Position numbers and translations under genes: made by a program. From the NCBI GenBank assembly GCA_043822125.1, contig JBDRCB010000006.1, positions 123,520-187,519 of the forward strand: a stretch of DNA of 64,000 bases, read 5' to 3'. The notes beneath the pieces were generated by a model. That model ran no database searches. It had not been told where the DNA came from and saw only the letters and a program-made list of their open reading frames with translations. Source of the DNA: an archaeon. GTDB lineage: Archaea > Nanobdellota > Nanobdellia > Pacearchaeales > GW2011-AR1. Within the stretch, counting starts at the first letter, position 1, and each line of letters opens with the position of its first letter. Positions 58,400 to 64,000 of this stretch are shown in pieces.

Positions 58400-58996
58400 T
58401 TAAGTCCCACACACCTGTCCTGTTTCCACCCCTTTAAAATATATTTTATTAACATAATCACCACTCGGCTGTGCTGCAGGAATATCAAGCCAGAACCTGT
58501 AAAATGCTGCATATCCTTCTTCTATACTTCCTCCTGCCTTCACATAATCTGTTGTTAATGAAACTTCACTTCCCACTGCAGGGAATGAAATATTAGTATT
58601 AGTTGAATTAGCATAAGTTTCATTATCTAAACCAATAACATCTAAGTCAGGACTGGTTAAACTTGCATTTGCTTTTATGCAAAAATCAACATTTGTGTTG
58701 CTATCAGTTGAAACATTTATGAACATACTCGTTTCAGTTTCAGATTCGTTCCCGTCAAAATTATGAGTTGAATTAATGTTTGTGGCTGGAAGAGTTGAAA
58801 CAGAGCCAAAAGGAATTCCAGAACTCAGGTTTGTGCTTAACTCAATTGAAAGAAATTTTGAAATTGTAACATTAGAATCCGCTGTTCCAGAAGTTGCATG
58901 CCCTGTAATAGAACTGAAATTCTGGAGAACAAGGAGTATAATGCAGGCGAGTATGATAATAATTAAAATTAAATTATACCAGCTCTTTTTTTTCAT
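58400..58996 (-). CDS. Secreted surface glycoprotein candidate, paralogous to the C-terminal domain of 59032..60603
   Basis: Shares DLDV[IL]GL[DS]NET and a C-terminal F.[RK]F.L..P.AQP.G.Y.N...FK.V motif with the neighbouring gene. Many N-x-S/T sequons. Confidence 0.4.
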   Translation of the reverse strand: MKKKSWYNLILIIIILACIILLVLQNFSSITGHATSGTADSNVTISKFLSIELSTNLSSGIPFGSVSTLPATNINSTHNFDGNESETETSMFINVSTDSNTNVDFCIKANASLTSPDLDVIGLDNETYANSTNTNISFPAVGSEVSLTTDYVKAGGSIEEGYAAFYRFWLDIPAAQPSGDYVNKIYFKGVETGQVCGT

Positions 58997-59031
58997 ATCC
59001 TTATAGAGTAATCACTTTTATAAATATTTCT

Positions 59032-60603
59032 CTATAAAGGTGATTGTCCTTCTCTAACTGCCTTAAATTCAAGAGAATTATAATACACTCCAGCAGGCTG
59101 TGCAGAAGGGGCACTTAAGTAAAATTTCAGAAAAACTTGGGCTCCGTCAGAAAGAGAATTTCCAATCAAAAAATAATTTGTAGTCAAAGTAAGATTAATT
59201 GATTCTGCGAGAGTGTTGTCAGTAGTATTATATGAAAAAGTTTCATTGCTTAAACCTAAAACATCTAAATCCTCTGTCATTAAATCTCCGTCTGCTTTAA
59301 TGTATAAATCAACTTTTGTGTTTACTGCTGAAATATTAACATAATAATCTGTTGCTCCGTCGTCGTTGTTTCCTTCTGCAGACATGTTGTAAACAGGAAG
59401 CGACACAAGACTCCATTTTATTGTCTGATGCAATTCGTCTGAAAATTCTATTGAGATTGCAGCCTCGTCAGAAATGTAAAAAGTCACATTAGTAAAATTA
59501 AAATTATTATTTGTATCATTGCAGACAAACTCAGCAAAATGAGAGCCAGGAGTCATTGAAATATTTTGCTCCCAAAAATAAGTGTCATTTAATTTTGTCA
59601 TTGTTATATTTTCAGCACTATCTAAACTATATGAGCACCAGCTTCCTTCCTCATTCAGCGAAACATTAAAATCAATATCAAGTGTGTCGTAAGTGTCATT
59701 CAACGGGCTGATTATTGTAATAAACGGCGGTGTTGTATCAACTACTTCAAAGCTGTCTGACGCAGAATCACTATTTCCAGAAGTGTCATTTGCCCACAAA
59801 TAGATATTATATATTCCCAATACAGTTAAGTTATTTTCACCTAAATCTATCTCCCCTATATCTAAAGAAGATTCATAAAGCAAAGTTCCATTCGGGAAAG
59901 TTACATTAAAAATAATTGTATCAACCCCCTCATTGTCTGTAGCACTCCAGTTTATATTTATTGACTCATAAATATATTCTATTTCTGTGTCATTTTTTCC
60001 TATGCTTAAAACAGGATTTGTACTGTCTATGATTGTCAGTAAACTTGAATTGCCCCATCCACTGTATAATTCTCCGTCATATAATCTTACAGAGCAAATC
60101 CATACATCGCCCAAAGACAGATTTCCTGACGATAAAACTGCTCCAAAATTAATTCCACTAGCATAACTGCTGTTATAGTCAACTGTGAAATTCAAAATGT
60201 CATCCTTAAACCACCGCACAGTTATGTTCAGAACATCACCGTCACTGTCTGTGATTACTGCTGAACAATTTAAGTCGGCATCAGATTCATTTGAGCTGTC
60301 CACAGAAACCAAACTCGGCAATGGAGTAGTTGGTGCATGGTTTGTAATTCCTGCTGCACCGAAAAAAAATCCAAGATAATTCTGGTAAGAAACTGAAGAG
60401 ATATTCCCTGAAATCGTCCCTGTCATAACATGTGTAAAATAATTAGAAGAACTAATATTATCTCCTCCACTCGCTTCAACAACATCAGTAGCATAAGTCT
60501 CACTGCTCGTCGACGCTGCACTCACAGATAAAAATAAAAACATAAATGCAAAAATCAAAATTATAATGTTTCCAACTCCTCTTTTCATAAAATTAACAGA
60601 CAA
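59032..60603 (-). CDS. Large secreted surface glycoprotein candidate (Ig-like repeats likely)
   Basis: Signal peptide MKRGVGNIIILIFAFMFLFLSVSAAS. Very high N-x-S/T density. The C-terminal motif is shared with 58400..58996. Confidence 0.45.
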   Translation of the reverse strand: MSVNFMKRGVGNIIILIFAFMFLFLSVSAASTSSETYATDVVEASGGDNISSSNYFTHVMTGTISGNISSVSYQNYLGFFFGAAGITNHAPTTPLPSLVSVDSSNESDADLNCSAVITDSDGDVLNITVRWFKDDILNFTVDYNSSYASGINFGAVLSSGNLSLGDVWICSVRLYDGELYSGWGNSSLLTIIDSTNPVLSIGKNDTEIEYIYESININWSATDNEGVDTIIFNVTFPNGTLLYESSLDIGEIDLGENNLTVLGIYNIYLWANDTSGNSDSASDSFEVVDTTPPFITIISPLNDTYDTLDIDFNVSLNEEGSWCSYSLDSAENITMTKLNDTYFWEQNISMTPGSHFAEFVCNDTNNNFNFTNVTFYISDEAAISIEFSDELHQTIKWSLVSLPVYNMSAEGNNDDGATDYYVNISAVNTKVDLYIKADGDLMTEDLDVLGLSNETFSYNTTDNTLAESINLTLTTNYFLIGNSLSDGAQVFLKFYLSAPSAQPAGVYYNSLEFKAVREGQSPL

Positions 60604-60641
60604 AAAGAATTATTAAATGTTTTCTAGAGGATTATATTGTA

Positions 60642-60676
60642 AGAAGTTTAATATTTAACTGCTTTTTCGAGGGGGT
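60642..60676. repeat. ~35-bp direct repeat AGAAGTYTARTAWTTAACTGCTTTTTCGAGGG(G)TT. The second copy at 61741..61777 flanks the other side of the HEPN/MNT cassette
   Basis: About 33/37 identity between the two copies. Confidence 0.55.
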
Positions 60677-60697
60677 TAGGTTTTCTGTTTAAAAAAT

Positions 60698-61135
60698 CTA
60701 TTTTGTTGCCAATTTTCTATAGATTTTATCTAAAAACTGCAAGACTTTTCTTGCATAGTCTTCATCAAAAGATTTTCCATAATAGACTATTCCATTTCTA
60801 AAATATCTTAATTGATTTGCAAATTGCACTTCTGCCTCTGAAAAGCTTAATTTTCTAAGACAAGATATTTCTGCTTCATGCGCTCCTTCTCCTGAAGATT
60901 TAAATCCGTCTAATATCATTTTCGCCCTTATCAGTTCCATAATAATATCATAAGAATTTTTAATTATATAATTAGCATTTGAATCATCCACCTTAATCTC
61001 CTTGATTATTTTTGTAAGTACTTTATAAGAATTTTTTGATTCTTCAATAAGAGATGTTGCTCTTGATTTATCTGGAGATTGCTTTCTTATTATCCCTTCA
61101 TTTACAAATTCATCAAAATTTCTTAAAGGTCTCAT
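60698..61135 (-). CDS. HEPN/nucleotidyltransferase-substrate-binding-like domain protein (toxin partner of an MNT-HEPN module)
   Basis: All-helical 145-aa protein immediately downstream of, and overlapping by 4 nt, a minimal nucleotidyltransferase. The R-x4-H-like segment is degenerate (FRNGIVYYG). Confidence 0.5.
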   Translation of the reverse strand: MRPLRNFDEFVNEGIIRKQSPDKSRATSLIEESKNSYKVLTKIIKEIKVDDSNANYIIKNSYDIIMELIRAKMILDGFKSSGEGAHEAEISCLRKLSFSEAEVQFANQLRYFRNGIVYYGKSFDEDYARKVLQFLDKIYRKLATK

Positions 61136-61677
61136 AATTCAATCCCTCCTGCAAGAAGTATTCCAGAAAGAATATTTTCTTTTAATTCTTTTTTGATATC
61201 TTTGAAAGAGAGGTAAAAATTCAAAGATATTCTTCTTTCTAATAATTTATCAAATTTGCTTAAATTAATTTCTTTTTCTTTTGAATTGATTATCGCAATA
61301 TCAATATCAGAAGTTTCTATATCCTCTCCTAAAGAATAAGAGCCAAACAGAATAATTGTAGCTCCGGGAAAAAACTCTTCTAAAAACTCAACTAATCCAG
61401 ATTCATAAATCAACTTTAAATTTTCAGCTCTTTTTAGCCCAATTATTTTAGGATTTTCCCTATTTAATCTAACAGAGAATAAATTCATTAATTTTTCTCT
61501 TTTTATCTTAATAATATCCTCTTTTTCAAGCAAAGGCAGTGCTTTGCTAACTGCAGTAGGTGAAACTTTTAATATTTTTGCAATTCCTCTTTGATTTAAT
61601 AAAGCTCCTGCTTTTATACAAAAAAGCCTGAAAATCTCATTTTGTAATTTTGTAAATTTTAGTTTATACATATTCAT
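61132..61677 (-). CDS. Minimal nucleotidyltransferase (MNT) with N-terminal wHTH (antitoxin-type partner)
   Basis: GSYSLGEDIETSDIDIAI (GS-x9-D-x-D nucleotidyltransferase motif). N-terminal HTH IAKILKVSPTAVSKALPLLEKEDII. Confidence 0.7.
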   Translation of the reverse strand: MNMYKLKFTKLQNEIFRLFCIKAGALLNQRGIAKILKVSPTAVSKALPLLEKEDIIKIKREKLMNLFSVRLNRENPKIIGLKRAENLKLIYESGLVEFLEEFFPGATIILFGSYSLGEDIETSDIDIAIINSKEKEINLSKFDKLLERRISLNFYLSFKDIKKELKENILSGILLAGGIEL

Positions 61678-61720
61678 TTTAGTTTATACATATAAATTAA
61701 AGTTTATAAGTCTTTCCAGA
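61661..61720. promoter_or_regulatory. Three tandem ~20-bp repeats (AGTTTATACATAT...) overlapping the MNT start codon and its upstream region. Candidate autoregulatory operator
   Basis: AGTTTATACATATTCATTTT / AGTTTATACATATAAATTAA / AGTTTATAAGTCTTTCCAGA. Confidence 0.4.
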
Positions 61721-61853
61721 ATTATTTTTTATGTCTCCCTAGAAGTCTAGTAATTAACTGCTTTTTCGAGGGTTGTTAACAATCATAGAAGGAAGTCTCT
61801 TCTTGAGATTTTCTTAGACTATAACTCTCTTTTTTTGTTGAGGTTTATTGAAA

Positions 61854-63284
61854 TTAATTAAAATCTTGTTTAGAATCATAAAAAACCTTCAATAAAACCA
61901 TAGATTCTAAACCATTTCCTTTCCCTAATATCCTTTGTTGTAACATATCATCTTGAGAGTAATTATTTTTAAAAGAGAGTATTACTCTATTACTCAAATT
62001 AATATTTGCATCTAGCCCAATAGAGCCACCCCCATTACTATTAAGTGCTACAGAAGGTTTAAGAGAAACCCTATCATTTAAACGCACATTTTTTCCTGAA
62101 ATTTCAATCCTACAAGTATCTTCTTCTCCAGCCCCTATTATATAATTTGCAGGAAACCCGAAACTAACAGAAAATCTTTTGTTTGCATCCTTAGGATTTG
62201 CTATTACAGTTGCATTATACCACCCACCTTTATCAGTAAGATAATATGCGATGTTAGGAAAGGTATATTCATTATTATTTATCTTAAATGTGCTTAATTC
62301 ATTTGATTTTTCTCCTCCAATTAAATAATTAGCAATTGTCCAAATACTATCCCATGTCGCAACTGAAAAAATATCTGCAAAAAGTGCTTGTTTTAAGTGA
62401 TCTTCTTTTGAAAATTTAATTCCCTTTTTATTTAGCAATCTTACAAATTCTTCAACATCATCAAGTTGTTTAGGCTCTTGAGAAAATAAATTATAAGGAG
62501 TATTTTTTCTAGATAATAAAAATGAATTTGCTTCATAAGGACTAATCTCTGTATCCCAATTTTTAAATAAATTCTCTAAATCAAAACTATCCATTATTAA
62601 CCCCGCTTTTCTCTCATCTAAAAGTTGCTTATCAGTAGGAACATATCTAAAACGTTTTTTAAAATTTTTTGATAAAGAAAGAGGATCTTTTAAGTTAAAT
62701 GTCCATGAGTAATTTCCTCCTCTTTTACCTGCTTCACCATGTGCAAATTCATGGGAGAGTATTTCATTCCCCATAGAAAGATAAGCTAGACTTGAAAATT
62801 TAGCTAATCTCCCAAAGAAAGTTTCATCTAAAAATTTTAGCTTCTCTGATTCTCCTATAGAATCAATTAACCTAACTCCATTATACCACCAATTAGAATT
62901 TGCATCTGAGCTATCAAGAGGAAGCCTAGGATCAAGGGTAATTACATTTTCATTATATTTTTTAGGAGGTGATGGTTTTTTAGAAGACAAAGGAACCTGA
63001 GTTCCCACAAGGTTTTGTAATAGTTTAATTTGTGGCGCAACATCCACCTGCTCTGTCCTAACATTAGCATTCTGCCCAAAATAAATTGGCTCTTCAGCTT
63101 TTGCTACAAGAGGCGATAACATTAATCCGGTAATAGGAATTCCATAAGCTATATATTTCCCAGCTCTTTTTAATCCAGAATAAGCTCTTCCCACCAAAGA
63201 AGTTTTTGTTTCATTTAGAAGAGTTTCATTTTCTCCTTGTTCATAATCTATCTCTGTTAATAAATTTGACATAATCAAAATCAA
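61854..63284 (-). CDS. Secreted putative zinc-dependent peptidase (HExxH) (hypothetical)
   Basis: Signal/TM segment near the N-terminus. SHEFAHGE motif. 476 aa. Confidence 0.4.
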   Translation of the reverse strand: MILIMSNLLTEIDYEQGENETLLNETKTSLVGRAYSGLKRAGKYIAYGIPITGLMLSPLVAKAEEPIYFGQNANVRTEQVDVAPQIKLLQNLVGTQVPLSSKKPSPPKKYNENVITLDPRLPLDSSDANSNWWYNGVRLIDSIGESEKLKFLDETFFGRLAKFSSLAYLSMGNEILSHEFAHGEAGKRGGNYSWTFNLKDPLSLSKNFKKRFRYVPTDKQLLDERKAGLIMDSFDLENLFKNWDTEISPYEANSFLLSRKNTPYNLFSQEPKQLDDVEEFVRLLNKKGIKFSKEDHLKQALFADIFSVATWDSIWTIANYLIGGEKSNELSTFKINNNEYTFPNIAYYLTDKGGWYNATVIANPKDANKRFSVSFGFPANYIIGAGEEDTCRIEISGKNVRLNDRVSLKPSVALNSNGGGSIGLDANINLSNRVILSFKNNYSQDDMLQQRILGKGNGLESMVLLKVFYDSKQDFN

Positions 63285-63353
63285 TTAAAAGACTATATAA
63301 ATATTTCTATTCTAAAGTAGTTACATCTTTACTTTAGATTAAATAAAAAGATA

Positions 63354-64000
63354 TTAAAATTTGGTTTTACATAAAGAATCTTCAGGATGATAATTGCATA
63401 TCGTCTCTTTCAATAATTCTATTTCTTTCCCCTGAGTATTAATTGTCTGATTCATCTGCTCATTCTGAGCAGATAATTCTTGTATAGCTTTTATTCCTGC
63501 TGTTCTCCATATATACTCATAACTTACTCCTTTCATCCCATCATTTTTAGTATCTTCAGGGTTATTAGAATCTGCTTCATATGTGCTAACTGCTAATGCT
63601 AATTCAGGTATTTTTTCAACTTCCTGAGCAGACAAACCAATTATTTTTGGTCCATCTGGATTATCTTTCTTATTGTATTCAATTACATCTAACTGATTTA
63701 TTATATCTATACCACTATAACTTACACTTTCAATATTTGTTTTTAATCTAATATCAGAAGAATCTGCGCAAGCAAAAGCACCAGCAACATTTCTACAATA
63801 ACCAACTTGAGTTCCATCTCCATCTACAAAATTAATATAATATGTTGTTCCTGAACCATCATCTGCACCAGCAGCCAATAGAATACCATAACGATTTTGA
63901 TTATTCCCGTCATTTGAAAGCGTCACCAAGTAATTTCCAACATTCCCATATACATATAACTTATAGAATGAAGAAGGACTCGTCCCAATTCCAACATTGC
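63354..64000 (-). CDS. C-terminal part of a tail-fibre/tailspike-like protein carrying a peptidase S74-type intramolecular chaperone (autoproteolytic) domain. The N-terminus lies beyond the window end
   Basis: SDIRLKTNIESVSYSGIDIINQLDVIEY matches the S-D-x-R-x-K-x-N-I signature of the self-cleaving C-terminal chaperone domain of phage tail fibres and endosialidases. The ORF remains open to position 64000. Confidence 0.5.
   Translation of the reverse strand, partial: NVGIGTSPSSFYKLYVYGNVGNYLVTLSNDGNNQNRYGILLAAGADDGSGTTYYINFVDGDGTQVGYCRNVAGAFACADSSDIRLKTNIESVSYSGIDIINQLDVIEYNKKDNPDGPKIIGLSAQEVEKIPELALAVSTYEADSNNPEDTKNDGMKGVSYEYIWRTAGIKAIQELSAQNEQMNQTINTQGKEIELLKETICNYHPEDSLCKTKF

Noticed and set aside
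1-64000. CRISPR array
   Set aside because: I looked for regularly spaced 25-40-nt direct repeats in all intergenic regions and long non-coding stretches. The only tandem repeats are the three ~20-bp copies at 61661-61720 and the 2-copy element at 28749-28795, and neither has spacer-repeat periodicity.

Overview
This is an AT-rich stretch of archaeal chromosome, probably from a DPANN-like lineage with a reduced genome. The archaeal assignment rests on r-proteins uS10, S6e, L7Ae, S28e and L24e, aIF5B, aIF2-gamma, Kae1, and TTTAAATA-type promoter boxes. Bacterial-type GyrA/GyrB and a RarA homologue sit alongside these. Housekeeping content includes serS, tRNA-Asp(GTC), a dTMP-synthesis cluster (dCMP deaminase, ThyA-like, dCTP deaminase), AdoMetDC, a CPA2 antiporter, a P-type ATPase and MscL. 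There is a large complement of secreted or surface proteins: three metzincin/zincin proteases, a GH5 hydrolase, Cys-rich DNDCDG-repeat proteins, a beta-propeller protein and possible pilin-like surface glycoproteins. The most unusual part is a ~9 kb segment (22.4-31.5 kb) bracketed by a ~21-bp direct repeat. It carries a tightly overlapping four-gene operon (BcgI/Type IIB-like restriction-modification fusion protein, specificity subunit, RecB/Cas4-family PD-(D/E)xK nuclease, tiny zinc-ribbon protein). It also carries an IS4-family (YREK) transposase with a SWIM zinc finger, a wHTH gene coupled to an uncharacterised 445-aa gene, and a HEPN (R-x4-H) protein. This looks like an inserted defence island with candidate novel components. 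Other notable items are a HEPN/MNT toxin-antitoxin cassette flanked by ~35-bp direct repeats and a frameshifted rarA. The window also holds a truncated Dph2 remnant, a 3' fragment of tRNA-Asp duplicated 4.8 kb away, and a protein at the window edge with a phage tail-fibre (peptidase S74) intramolecular-chaperone motif. No CRISPR array or rRNA was seen.
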